Assembly (NCBI GenBank): GCA_040754495.1
Contig: JBFMCO010000028.1
Coordinates: 1 to 64,000, forward strand
Reading direction: 5' to 3'
From: Candidatus Micrarchaeota archaeon
Lineage (GTDB): Archaea; Micrarchaeota; Micrarchaeia; Anstonellales; Bilamarchaeaceae
Length of the DNA: 64,000 nucleotides
The position numbers and the translations under genes are program-made. The notes under the pieces were generated by a model that worked only from the letters and a program-made list of their open reading frames with translations, was not told the DNA's origin and did not search any database. Of this stretch, positions 10,283 through 21,000 are shown piece by piece. Within the stretch, counting starts at the first letter, position 1, and each line of letters starts with the position of its first letter.

Positions 10283-10300
10283 CAGGAATGCCGTGATTTC

Positions 10301-11602
10301 ATGAGACTGACGTTTTATGGCGGGGCCCAGGAGGTGGGGCGCGCGTGCATGCTCCTCGAGGAAGGGAAGAAGAACCTCGTCCTGGACTGCGGGATCAAGC
10401 TTGGCGAGAAGACCGAATACCCGCTGCTCCACGACGACGAGCTCCGGCGCATCAGCGCCATAGCCATATCGCACGCGCACCTCGACCACAGCGGCTACCT
10501 GCCGCACGTGTACTCCAAGGGCGCGAGGCCGAAGATATTCCTCACAAAACCCACTAGGGACCTCATGGGCGTGCTCCTTTCCGACTACTACCGCATCCAC
10601 GAGGGCGGGCGCGAGAGGCGCAAGCTCTTCTCGTCAAAGGACGTGGACGGGGTGATGAGGGATGCCAGGATCATCGAGTACCACGAGCCAGTGGAGAGCG
10701 ATTTCAGGCTCACGTTCTATTCGGCAGGCCACATAATGGGGAGCGCAATCACCCTGGTTGAGAACGGCCCGCAGAGGCTGCTCTTCAGCGGGGACATATG
10801 CATGCGCAGGACGAGGGTGCTCGAGCCGGCGGAGAAGGGCATAGCGGCCGAGACGCTCATCGTCGAGACCACCTATGGCGGGAGGAATGATGCGATACCC
10901 GGCTACAAGGAGAGCTACCAGCGGATGATATCGATAATAAACGAGACGCTGGACTCGGGCGGGCACGTCATAATCCCGAGCTTCGCCGTGGGCCGCGCGC
11001 AGGAGGTCCTGCTGGCCCTGGACGACTACATGCGCTCGGGCGCCCTCCGGCCGTGCAAAATCTTCATAGAGGGCATGATAGGCAAGGCCATGAAGATATA
11101 CCGCCACAACGCGATATACGCCAACGAGGACATCAAGCGCAGGATACTGATGAGCGAGGACGACCCGTTCAATTCCCCGAACTTCCACCACCCGCGCTCG
11201 AAGAGCAGGGAGGACGTCCTGAAGGAGCCGGCCATAATAGTCACCACGTCAGGCATGCTGACAGGCGGGCCGGTGCTGTTCTACCTGGAGAAGCTCGGGG
11301 GCGACCCGAAAAATTCCATCATATTCGTGGGCTACCAGGCCGAGGGCACGCCAGGGAGCAGGCTGATGGCAGGGCAAAAGAGCATACAGATACGGGACAA
11401 GGAAATAGACGTAAGGATGAGGGTCGAGGGCGTGAGGCTCTCGGGGCACGCCGACTACAACGAGCTTGTGCAGTTCGTGAAGTCGGTCAGGGGCCTCAAA
11501 AGGGTGTTCCTGATGCACGGCGAGAAGACAGACCTCAAAGACGCGCTCGAAAAGGACTACGAGGTCGTGGTGCCCAGGCTGCTCGAGACCTATTCTGTAT
11601 AG
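10301..11602 (+). CDS. MBL-fold beta-CASP ribonuclease (aCPSF-like, no KH domains)
   Basis: GGAQEVGRAC, SHAHLDHSG, AGHIMG, ETTYG, LSGHAD, MHGE motifs. Confidence 0.92.
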   Translation: MRLTFYGGAQEVGRACMLLEEGKKNLVLDCGIKLGEKTEYPLLHDDELRRISAIAISHAHLDHSGYLPHVYSKGARPKIFLTKPTRDLMGVLLSDYYRIHEGGRERRKLFSSKDVDGVMRDARIIEYHEPVESDFRLTFYSAGHIMGSAITLVENGPQRLLFSGDICMRRTRVLEPAEKGIAAETLIVETTYGGRNDAIPGYKESYQRMISIINETLDSGGHVIIPSFAVGRAQEVLLALDDYMRSGALRPCKIFIEGMIGKAMKIYRHNAIYANEDIKRRILMSEDDPFNSPNFHHPRSKSREDVLKEPAIIVTTSGMLTGGPVLFYLEKLGGDPKNSIIFVGYQAEGTPGSRLMAGQKSIQIRDKEIDVRMRVEGVRLSGHADYNELVQFVKSVRGLKRVFLMHGEKTDLKDALEKDYEVVVPRLLETYSV

Positions 11603-11663
11603 GAAAGAAGAGAAGGAAAACCCGGAACACTAAACTGGAAACCCGATGCTGGCTGCCGGAGAC

Positions 11664-13745
11664 TCACGTAAATTCCCAGCACTCGGGCTCGCCGACAAAG
11701 AACGGCGCGTAGCAGAACTTGGACGCATCCCCGTTTATAATCGCCCATATCTTGCCCGTGCTGCCAGGGCTTGCCGTGATGGTGAAGCCCGTGCCGGAAT
11801 CGTCCGAGTCTCCGAGCGTCACGCCTCCCTCGGGGGACCAGGTGACGTTCGTGCAGGTCTCGTTCGCGTGCTCTCCGCATTTGATGCCCACCCAGCCGTT
11901 GTAGCCGGGGTATACGTTGAGCGGCCCGCTCCCGATTGTGCAGTATTGCGTCGAGCCCTCGTTGCCCGGGTCGCCGCCGGTGGTGTTGTTGCCGCCGCCG
12001 GAGCTTACCTGGACCGAGGAGAAGCACACGGAGCCGAGGATGGGGTCGGGCGCCGCCGCGAATCCGGCAAAGCCCCTTATCTTGCCGCTTGTGGCCCCGC
12101 CCGGAGCGGTGTACGTAGCTCCGGCGACGCTGTCGTTGCCGATGGCGCCGGCAAGGCCGTCTATGAGGTCGTAATCCGCGCTGTCAGGGTCGGTAGGGCT
12201 GCCCGATACGAAGCCGTTCAGCTCGAAGAACTTGGCCTGGTTCAAGGCCATGTTGGCGCTCGGCGGCAGGAGGTCGCACTCGTACGTCGGGTTCGTCACG
12301 GTGATGTTGGAGCCGCAGAGAGCGAGTCCGGACGTGTAGTTCAGCGTGCCATCGGAGCCCGGAGGCGAGGTCGTGTATGCCTGCGCCATGCTGCTGGTCC
12401 TCGTTATGAAATCGCCCGTAAGGCCGACCCAGAACCAGTTGTTGCCGATGCAGGGCGTCGGGTCGGCTGAAAGGTCGAAGCACTGGACTCCGAATTCCGC
12501 GACCTCATTCGTGCCGAGCGTCAGGCTGTCAGGGTCCACGTCGCACGTTATCGGCCCGGTGAGGGGCACGTCCTCGTTGCATGTCGCAGCCCCGCCGCAT
12601 GTGGCCGAGACGGTCTCGGCCTGGAAATTGAGCGTGGTCCCCCCCGAGGCGCCGGCCTGGCGCTCTATGAGGACATAGAGGTCCATGTCGCTTCCGGAGT
12701 TTATCGTGTCATTGAAGTGGTTGTCTGACGGGCACATGGACGGAGGCAGGCCGAGGGTTCCGCAGAGGCCGGACGGGAACGGCTCGACCGTGTATCCCGA
12801 ATTCGAGCTGGTGACCCCGGTCACGCGGATGGGGTCGCCGTCGTTGTGCATCGTCACCCTCACCTTCATCAGGTCCTCGTCGCCGAGCGCGGTCGGGGAG
12901 CTGATGCTGGTCTCGTGCATGTCGCACGTGCCGCCGGAATTCTGGACGTTGATGTTTATCGTGTCCGTGCCCACTGTCGCGGGGACGGCTGGGCCGTTGT
13001 GGGTGAAGAAGTCGAGCCAGAACCACAACGGGTTGTCATCGATGTTGAGCGGGTGCTTCACCACCGAGCCGAAGCACTCCACCCCGGAAAGCCGGCTGGA
13101 TATTGCGTGCGCACCGGCGCTGCCGGCACCGAAGTCCACGTTGCCTGCGCTCGGCATGGCGGAGGAGCCTTTCACGGTCGCGCCGTCAAGGACCTCGAAG
13201 GTTCCCTTGCAGAACACCGCTGCGCCGCCTTCCTTGTTGGCATGGAACTGTCCGGTCACGTTGTTGTAGGTCACCGGCTGGTTCGCGAAATTCGACGGGC
13301 CAAGAGTATTGTAGCGGTTCACGTCCGCCGAGTAGTCGTTCGCGTCGCCGAAAGTCTTCTGGCTGTTCCACGTGGCGGCTGGGAGCCAGCCGATGTTCCG
13401 GTTCTGGGTAACCCCGCCGCTTGGTACCATGGCAGGGCAGAATCCGCCTCCGCAGGTCGGGTAGATTGCGACAGCCGCGAAATCCGGCGTCGCCCACCTT
13501 GAAGTGACCGTCGGCAGGACGCGGAGCGTCGCGCCGGTGCAGACCGTGTCGCCGTTCTGCAGGTTGTTCGGGTCCCCGCTAGACACGTCCCCTGCGATCA
13601 CGCGGAGCGTGAAGTCCGTGGTGAACTGCATGTCGGTGTCGAAATGCCACGTCGGGTCCGAGCCCTGCCAGACCGCGTTGTTCACGTTAGTGGCGAACGA
13701 CGCGGACAAAAGAGCGAACAGCGCGAAAACGGTCTTGTGGTCCAT
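11664..13745 (-). CDS. Secreted Cys-rich surface protein with three C-terminal Ig-like repeats
   Basis: Signal peptide MDHKTVFALFALLSASFA; many Cys; repeats start CDVDPDSLTL, CDLLPPSANM, CTIGSGPLNV. Confidence 0.75.
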   Translation of the reverse strand: MDHKTVFALFALLSASFATNVNNAVWQGSDPTWHFDTDMQFTTDFTLRVIAGDVSSGDPNNLQNGDTVCTGATLRVLPTVTSRWATPDFAAVAIYPTCGGGFCPAMVPSGGVTQNRNIGWLPAATWNSQKTFGDANDYSADVNRYNTLGPSNFANQPVTYNNVTGQFHANKEGGAAVFCKGTFEVLDGATVKGSSAMPSAGNVDFGAGSAGAHAISSRLSGVECFGSVVKHPLNIDDNPLWFWLDFFTHNGPAVPATVGTDTININVQNSGGTCDMHETSISSPTALGDEDLMKVRVTMHNDGDPIRVTGVTSSNSGYTVEPFPSGLCGTLGLPPSMCPSDNHFNDTINSGSDMDLYVLIERQAGASGGTTLNFQAETVSATCGGAATCNEDVPLTGPITCDVDPDSLTLGTNEVAEFGVQCFDLSADPTPCIGNNWFWVGLTGDFITRTSSMAQAYTTSPPGSDGTLNYTSGLALCGSNITVTNPTYECDLLPPSANMALNQAKFFELNGFVSGSPTDPDSADYDLIDGLAGAIGNDSVAGATYTAPGGATSGKIRGFAGFAAAPDPILGSVCFSSVQVSSGGGNNTTGGDPGNEGSTQYCTIGSGPLNVYPGYNGWVGIKCGEHANETCTNVTWSPEGGVTLGDSDDSGTGFTITASPGSTGKIWAIINGDASKFCYAPFFVGEPECWEFT

Positions 13746-13746
13746 C

Positions 13747-15666
13747 CTACCTCTCCCTCCTCTTGCGGGGCACTGCCTCTCCGGAGATGCGCTTCTCGCC
13801 CTCCCCGCCCTTGAACCATGCCCCAGGCGTAATCGTGATGTTGAGCGAACCGTACGGCGAAGCCGGGATGCGCTGCTCCTCGGGCCCGCCGACTTCGCCT
13901 AGATAGCCGCCGCGGACGTCCACCGACACTCCGCGGTCGAACCTGAAGCCGAAGACGCCGAAGCCGTCGAGCGTGTGGCTGCCGGACGAGATGTTGTAGT
14001 CGTACCTGAAGCCCGGGCTGAAGAACAGGGACCAGTTCGGGTTCAGCTGCCATGTGAAGTCGGCCGGCCTGAGCTCGGCACCGACGCGGTGCTGCTCGAG
14101 GAAATACGAGTACTGGGGGGTGATTTCGGAGCGTATCCTCATCGTGTTCCCCTCCATCCAGTTGCCCTCGAAGCTTATGTTCGCGTAAACGTTCGTCGGC
14201 GCGCCCACTATCCCCGCGCCGACCCTGGACATCCTGACCGGGGCGCGCTGGCCCTCGCGGCCCGGGAACCTCACCTCCACGCCGGTCACGCCGAGATACG
14301 CGCCCTGGTCGCCGACCTGCACCCTCTGCGTGGCGCCGGTCTGGTCCGCCACATCCGCGCCTATTTCCCACGCGCGGTAGCCGACGTTGGCATGAAGGAC
14401 GATTTCCATCGGGTTGCCCCATGCGCTCGCGCCTATGCCTATCTGCGGCGTGACGCCGATAACGTGGCCCGTTCCCTCGAGCCTGCGGCTTCCCACCTGG
14501 CGGACGCCTCCGGCTTCGCCTGCGGCGCCCGGAGTTACCTCGAACTGCCGGAGCTGGCCGCTCATGAGCAGGTATTCGTAGTGCAGGCCGAGCGCGAGCC
14601 ACAGCACGCGGGGCTGGAACTCGCTGTCCCTAGAGCCCCGGATGAACTCGGTGAATGCCTCCATGTTCCTGTCGAACTCGTACCTGACCGTGACCCCCGC
14701 CCGCATGACCGCGATGGCACGCTGGTTCACGCTGATGACGTAGAGGTTGTTGAGCTGGCCGTACACCGCGTTCAGGGCCGGCTCCTGCGACAGCTCGGCA
14801 AGGCCGGTGCGCAGGTCGCCGCGCGATAGGGCCGCCATTGCCGCGGCGAAGTGAGGATGCACCGAGGAGTTCCATATCTCCTTGTTGGATGGTATCTGGC
14901 TGAGCGACTGGTGAAGCGCCTGCGCGGCAGCCGTCTGCGCCGCGATATCGTTCGGATGGTTGGTGAGCGTAGCGTACGCGTTGCCGAGCGAGGTCATCGC
15001 GCCGACTGCGTTGCTCTCGCCGCCGAACATGGAGTTCAGGGCCGGGGTGCTGCTCGCGTTTACGGCCACGAGGCTTTCGTTCGCGGAGCTGCTAAGAAGG
15101 TGAATCGGGCCCATGTCGCGGAGCTGCGTCTCGATGAGCGGCAGGGACTGCCTTGTTGCGGCCTGGTCCTCGGCCCTCGGCGCCTGCGCAAGGGCACCGC
15201 CGCGGCTTGTGCGTATGAGGGCCGCTATCTCGGTCCCTATGGTTTCATATGAGGAGTACTGGGCCTCGCCCTGCCCGATGCCCGCATCAATCGGCACGAG
15301 CGTCCTCTCGAGCGGCTGCGCCTGGTCCCCGAGCGTCCCTCCGCCCTGCACGAGCTCGTGCGTGCGGCGGATGGCGGCGATGTGGGAGCGCACGAGGTAC
15401 GCGACCGCGCCGTCGCGGCCGTTCCCCTCGCCGAGCACCCGGATTGCCTCGTCATAGACAGCCCTGCGGGCGTCGCCTTCGGGCGGCCGGTCGCCCCTCA
15501 TGAGCGTGATGAGTTCCCCTATGCGGACCGCGTACTGCGCCTGCGACTGCGCGTTCGGCGCGTTAGTCGGATGTGTCGCGCTCATCGGCCGGCTGAGGTC
15601 GTTTATCAGCGTAATCTGAGGATTCGCAGCTTCTTCCCTTCTTTCCCGAGTCGCAGGTCCGGTCAT
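13747..15666 (-). CDS. Helical N-terminal domain plus predicted transmembrane beta-barrel domain (paralog A)
   Basis: 639 aa; about 13 alternating hydrophobic/polar strands in the C-terminal ~300 aa; clear paralog of 15859-18006; RBS GAGGTGA. Confidence 0.7.
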   Translation of the reverse strand: MTGPATRERREEAANPQITLINDLSRPMSATHPTNAPNAQSQAQYAVRIGELITLMRGDRPPEGDARRAVYDEAIRVLGEGNGRDGAVAYLVRSHIAAIRRTHELVQGGGTLGDQAQPLERTLVPIDAGIGQGEAQYSSYETIGTEIAALIRTSRGGALAQAPRAEDQAATRQSLPLIETQLRDMGPIHLLSSSANESLVAVNASSTPALNSMFGGESNAVGAMTSLGNAYATLTNHPNDIAAQTAAAQALHQSLSQIPSNKEIWNSSVHPHFAAAMAALSRGDLRTGLAELSQEPALNAVYGQLNNLYVISVNQRAIAVMRAGVTVRYEFDRNMEAFTEFIRGSRDSEFQPRVLWLALGLHYEYLLMSGQLRQFEVTPGAAGEAGGVRQVGSRRLEGTGHVIGVTPQIGIGASAWGNPMEIVLHANVGYRAWEIGADVADQTGATQRVQVGDQGAYLGVTGVEVRFPGREGQRAPVRMSRVGAGIVGAPTNVYANISFEGNWMEGNTMRIRSEITPQYSYFLEQHRVGAELRPADFTWQLNPNWSLFFSPGFRYDYNISSGSHTLDGFGVFGFRFDRGVSVDVRGGYLGEVGGPEEQRIPASPYGSLNITITPGAWFKGGEGEKRISGEAVPRKRRER

Positions 15667-15751
15667 AGATTAGTCACCTCAATAATGACGCTTTAACACT
15701 TGGGGCGTGGTTATTAAAAAGATGCCCGGCCCGGAACGTCGGTGCGGCAGG

Positions 15752-15848
15752 GCGAGGGTTTCGGGTCTCCGGTTTCCTGTTTCCGGTTTCCGGTTTCGGG
15801 TTTTGCGCTCCCGGTACGGGGGACTGGAAACCGGATGCTGGCAGCCCG
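15752..15848. repeat. Heptamer repeat element
   Basis: CCGGTTTCCTGTTTCCGGTTTCCGGTTTCGGG ... TGGAAACCGGATGCTGGCAGCCC. Confidence 0.7.
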
Positions 15849-15858
15849 TCCGCCATGC

Positions 15859-18006
15859 TTACCGCCTTTCCCCGCTGTCGGTTCCGAGCCTGACTCCGCC
15901 GCTCACGCTTCCGCTGCTCCCCCAGTACCCTGGCGTGAGCACGAGGTTGAGCGTGCCGGTGACCGAGTCCGGGACGTGGTATGCCTCCTGCCCGAAGCGG
16001 TCCATGAAGTAGCCAACGCGCGCATCAAGGGCGACCCCGCCGGCGTATCTGAAGCTCGCATGCACGTACGGCTCGAAGCTGTGGATGAGGTGCTCGGTGT
16101 TCAGGTCGTACCTCAGCCCCGGGCCGAAGTACCACGTCCAGTTCTGCCCGCTCTGGATGCTGAAGTCTATCGGCCGCAGGTCCGCGCCCACGCGGTGCTG
16201 GAAGAACCATGAGTCGTCGAGCAGCTCCTGCCTCTTCCCCCAGAACAGCATGTAGTGGGGCGTGAGCGAGGTCTCGAGGCGCAGCGCGTTGCCCTCGGTC
16301 CACCTCTGCGACAGCGTGAAATATGCGTAGGGGTTCGTGTTGAACGTGCCGAGGCCCCACCTGCTCAGCCTGAACGAGGACATCCGCCCCTCGTAGCCGA
16401 CCATGGCGACGTCGAAGTTCAGCAGCCCGTATATGCTGCCCTGGTTGACTGAGAGCCTCTCGGCGCTGCCGTTTATGTTCACGGTCTGGTCTATGTTCCA
16501 CCAGAGGTAGCCGAGCCTCCCCGTGAGCGTGGTCTCGACCGGCTGGCTGAACATGCTCCCGCCCCAGGTCACCCCCGCCTGGAGGTCTATGGCATGGCCG
16601 TCGCCTTCGACAGGGCGGGCCGGGCCGCGCGAGACGGCCTGGTTCGTGGCCGGGTCTATGGATACCGTCTGGTCCCGCCCGCTCATGAGCAGCCAGGCGT
16701 AGTTGGCGCCCACGTCATAATGCAGGACGTCCCAGGCATAAGGCCGGTCGGACGTGCCGCGCCGGTATGCCTGGAACTCGGTGATGTTCTCCTGCTCGGG
16801 GAACCTGAGTATGAGGCTGGTGCGGATGCGCGCGAGCGCCCGCTGGCTTATCGTGACCTGGTGGAGGTTGCCGAGGGAGTCGTAAACCGCGTTGAACGCG
16901 ACCTCGCGCCTCAGCGCATCGAGCCCCCCGCGGAGGTCTCCCCTTGAAAGGGCCTGCATGGCCGCTGCGAAGTTCGGGTGAACGCTCTCGTTCCATATCT
17001 CCTTGTCCGAGGGAATCCTGCTGAGTGCCGAGTGGAGCGCCCGTGCCGCATCGGCCTGCGCCGAGAGGTCGCCGGGGCTGTTCATCATCACCGCATACGC
17101 GCTCGCGAGCGTGTTCAGGGATTCCTGCGCAATGGACTCGCCGCCGAAGAGGGAGTTCAGAGCGGGCGTGGACGCGGCGTCGAGCGCCACGAACTGCCTG
17201 TTGCCGAAGCCGCTCAGGAAGAACTGCGAGCCGAAATCGAACGGGAGCATAGCTATGAGCGGGAGCGACGGGTTCGTTACAGCCCGGTCCTGCTGCGTCG
17301 GGTGGTCGGTAATCCTCCCGCCCCTTATGGCGCGGATGAGCTCGGCCACTTCTGAGCTGACCGGGTCCAGCGCCTCGTAATTGCTCTCGCCCATCGCGAC
17401 TCCGCGCTCGATGCGCACGAGCCTCTGCTCGAGGCCGGCGGTCTCTATCCTCGCGTTCTCGTCTGCGGCCACCATGCCGTGCAGCCTGTGAAGCGCGGTC
17501 GAGTACGCGCGGGTCACGGCGTCGAGGGCCGTGCCGCGGTTGTTCCCGTAGAGCGCCATCGCACGGTCGTAAACGGGCCGCCTCGCATCGCCTGATGCCG
17601 GGGGGTTGAGAAGCAGTTCGCGTATGTCGTGCAGCCTGACAAGGTTGACCGAGAGGGCTTCCATCGTCGGCGCGTTCACCGGGTGGGTGATTGCGGTGAC
17701 ATCCCCGGGCAGGGCATTCAGCGTGGTGATGAGCTGGTCGTTCGTCGGCGCGCTGGCAGTAGCTCCGCCATCGGCCCTCTGCACCGCGGCCGGCTGTCTG
17801 GGCGGGGGCGGCTGGGAGGGGCCTCCGTCCTGGGCCAGCGCGTATCCGGGCGCGATGAGGCCGGCGACTGCGAGCGTGCCCGCGACCATGAACTCCCGCG
17901 CTCTCCTCGCGGTCGCTTCAAATCTGGTGGTTCCCCGTGTTTCCTTGTCGTTGATGCCGTTTGTCAGTCTCAAGCCTATCCCCTCCCTCTGCGAATATCC
18001 ATCCAC
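15859..18006 (-). CDS. Exported protein with helical domain plus predicted transmembrane beta-barrel (paralog B)
   Basis: 715 aa; signal-like FMVAGTLAVAGLIAPGYALA/QD; amphipathic strands such as IDLQAGVTW, WYFGPGLRYDL, VALDARVGYF. Confidence 0.7.
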   Translation of the reverse strand: MDGYSQREGIGLRLTNGINDKETRGTTRFEATARRAREFMVAGTLAVAGLIAPGYALAQDGGPSQPPPPRQPAAVQRADGGATASAPTNDQLITTLNALPGDVTAITHPVNAPTMEALSVNLVRLHDIRELLLNPPASGDARRPVYDRAMALYGNNRGTALDAVTRAYSTALHRLHGMVAADENARIETAGLEQRLVRIERGVAMGESNYEALDPVSSEVAELIRAIRGGRITDHPTQQDRAVTNPSLPLIAMLPFDFGSQFFLSGFGNRQFVALDAASTPALNSLFGGESIAQESLNTLASAYAVMMNSPGDLSAQADAARALHSALSRIPSDKEIWNESVHPNFAAAMQALSRGDLRGGLDALRREVAFNAVYDSLGNLHQVTISQRALARIRTSLILRFPEQENITEFQAYRRGTSDRPYAWDVLHYDVGANYAWLLMSGRDQTVSIDPATNQAVSRGPARPVEGDGHAIDLQAGVTWGGSMFSQPVETTLTGRLGYLWWNIDQTVNINGSAERLSVNQGSIYGLLNFDVAMVGYEGRMSSFRLSRWGLGTFNTNPYAYFTLSQRWTEGNALRLETSLTPHYMLFWGKRQELLDDSWFFQHRVGADLRPIDFSIQSGQNWTWYFGPGLRYDLNTEHLIHSFEPYVHASFRYAGGVALDARVGYFMDRFGQEAYHVPDSVTGTLNLVLTPGYWGSSGSVSGGVRLGTDSGERR

Positions 18007-18015
18007 CCTCTAGTA

Positions 18016-21000
18016 TTACTGCCTTGTAGCGCTCGGCCTCACGATGAGCACCGGCGTGGTGTCGCCGTATTCGACGACCGTGTTGGCAGGCGACGCCCTC
18101 TCGAAGCACACGTGCTGCGTGCCAGCCTCGTGGCTCATGCTGCGCTCCAGGCGCGCGTCCCTGATTGGCTCAAGCGTGCCCGCACGAACCTGGTAGAGGA
18201 CGTTCTCTGCCCTCACCCTGCCGTTGTCCTCGAGGACCGGGACCCACTCGGGGCCGGTCGAGGCCGCAAGGCCCGAGCGCCTCACGCGTACGACGAAGTC
18301 GCCCCTCGTGCCGTCGCTGAGCGTAACGCCCCTCATGACCTGGCCGAGGTATCTCGGCGCTCCGGATTCGCGGTACTGCGGGTTCAGGACGTACTGTATG
18401 GGCGAGCCGGACGAATCCGTCGGGCCGAGCACCTGGTACATGAACCAGTAGTATGTGAGGTTCTGCTGGCCGTGCTGCCTCTGGTACGTGTCGAGGTCGA
18501 CCGCGGAGCCGCTCCTGGGCTGTATCATGGTGCGCGTGGCCGAGAACCGGACGCGCCTCGGGTCTCCCGAGAGCCTCTCGACGCTTATTGCGTCCTGAGC
18601 CACGTAAGCGGATATCTCCGGCGTGACCACGGTCGGCCTCGGGATGTCCGTGAGGCGGCCGCCCGTGCCGTCCGTGAGGCTTTCGAGCCCCACCTCGGCC
18701 ACCGCTATGCCAATCCTCGGGTCTACGCGGCCTGCGAAAAGGTCCTGGTCCATGGCCGCTGCGGCGTCCCTGCGGACTCTCTGCGCCTCGGCAAGGGCGG
18801 CCTCTGCCCTAGTAATATATCTTACGCCGGGGGCCGGCCTCCTCTGCGCTCCTGTCCCGGCCACGGTGGACTGCTTGAGGTCCTGCACCCGAATCGGCTG
18901 GCCGTCCGCGAGCACGACGTTGCCGCCGAGCCGGTTGGACAGCTCGGCAATCCGTATGTCGAGGATAGCAAGGAACAGCCGGTTTACCTCGCGCTGCTGC
19001 GCCGCGGCGTCGCGCGAAGAATATGAGACGGATATCTCAGTCATCCGCTCGCCGAGCGCCTGCATGAGCGGCCTGCCGGCCGGAAGCCCGTATTCGCGCG
19101 CGATGCGCTGCATCTCGGTCTTGAGCGCGCGGTCCTGCGCCTCGTACGGAGTGCCCGTCCTTATCGGCCAGGAATCCGGCGCGTTGTTGAGCATGCGCAG
19201 GAGCGACGGCGTCGAATCATCTCCGCGCGTTATCGTCTGCCTGAAGAGCTCGGCGTATGCCTGCCCCCAGCGGTAGTGGTCCATGCCCTCGTGTGCGACG
19301 CTGGCCATGGCCTCATCGCCCGGGTTCTCGCCAGGCACCCAGTGCTGGTCCACCGGGCTGACCGTGGTCCTGCGCCTGCCTGCGAACCGCTCCATGTTCG
19401 GGAATCCGCCGAGCTGGTCCACGGCCGCTATCCTGCCCATCCTGAAATCAAGGGCTCCGAAAGGCCCGGAAAGGCTCCTTCCGGACATTGTGCGCTCGGT
19501 GGCCGAGGGCCCGAAGAGCGTCGCCTCGTCCCTGAGGCTGATGAGAAGCGATATGTGCCTCTGCTCGGCCGCGGCTGCTGCGGAGCGGCGCTCGGCCGAT
19601 GTCGGGTTGGCGGCATCCGCGACGGTCACTTCGGTCGCCGGCGTCCCATATGCGGCCAGCGACGCGAACATCGCCGGGGCCTCGCTCACGGCAAGCGGCC
19701 TCGGCGCGAGCATGTTTATGGCCTCTTCGGCGTAGTTCCTCGAGATGTTCGGGTGGAACGTGCCTGCAAGGTCCGGGTAGTTCAGCAGGAACTGGGCCCT
19801 CGCGCGGCTTATTACGTCGCGGGCTGATGTCAGCGTCGCCGATGGCAGCGATGTGGGGCGCATGCCCGCGTTCGCGACCCAGAGCTCGGCCTCCCTTATC
19901 GTGGAGAGGTTGAGCGCCATCTGGAAGAGCGTATCCGATACGAGAGGTATCTGCGCTGCCGGCGGGGCGGTAGCGGTGGCGGCCAGCCAGGCGTTCGCTG
20001 CCTGTATGAGCGCATCGTCCGCGGCCATGCCCGAGTCGCGCGCGAGCTGGACGGATGTCTCGAGGAATCCCCTGGCCATGGTGAGCCTCTCCTGGCTCTG
20101 CCCGTCCACCGGGACGTATGCAGCGCCGACCCTCCTCGTTCCCATCTGGTACGGGAGATACTCGGTCTCGAAAACAGGCCTCACCGAGCGGAGCCTCGCC
20201 ACATGCTGGACGTAGCCCTCGTTGGAGAGCGGCGCCCTCCTCGATATCTGGTCATAGACGCCGTAGAGGACGTCGTCGTGCACGTACTGCTTGGACTGCA
20301 TGAGGGCCGGAATCACCGCGCGCTCGGCATCCTGCCTCTGCCTGGCCGTGACAGTCGTTCCCGGCGTAAGGCCGAGGTGCAGCTCCACGATTCTCGTGCG
20401 CACCTGCTGGGAATAAGCGTTGTACGGGTTGAACTGCGGGTCGACGAGCGTCATTGAGGCTATGGAGTAGTTCTCCCACATGGGGATGCGGTCGCTCTGG
20501 TCCATGCCGTGGCCGCGGGCGTATTCCCACATGTCCACGAGCGTGTTGACGGTCCTCTCATCAGAGGTAACGGACTGGTAGAGGTCCGCGACCACGCGGA
20601 ACGGAATCCCGGCGGTCTGGCCCGAAAGGGCCCTTGCCTGGGTAAGCCGGACCTGCATGCTAGATTCAAGGTCCTCGCGGCCGTTCCTCTTGCCGTGCGA
20701 TGTGCGCGAATAGGTGCCTGCGCGGACCGAGTCGCGCCTCTCTGCCGCCTGGAGTTCCGCCCTCGTCGGCAGGTGGCTGGAATGAATCCTCGCCACCGCG
20801 CCGTCCGCTATCGGGATGACGCCCTGGTCGAGTATGAGCCGGTAAAACGCCTGCTCCCTCTGGAAGAGCTGCCTGGCTTCTGCTATCTTGCTTGCATCCG
20901 TGCGGCCGGCCTCGAGAAGGGAGAGCATCTGCTCCATGGGCCTCTCGCCGAGCAGCCAGACGCTGGGCAGGAGCTGCGCGATGTCGCGCGCTGCCTGCGT

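Noticed and set aside
17629-19026. 465-aa plus-strand ORF and many other overlapping 60-350 aa ORFs
   Set aside because: Shadow frames opposite well-supported genes
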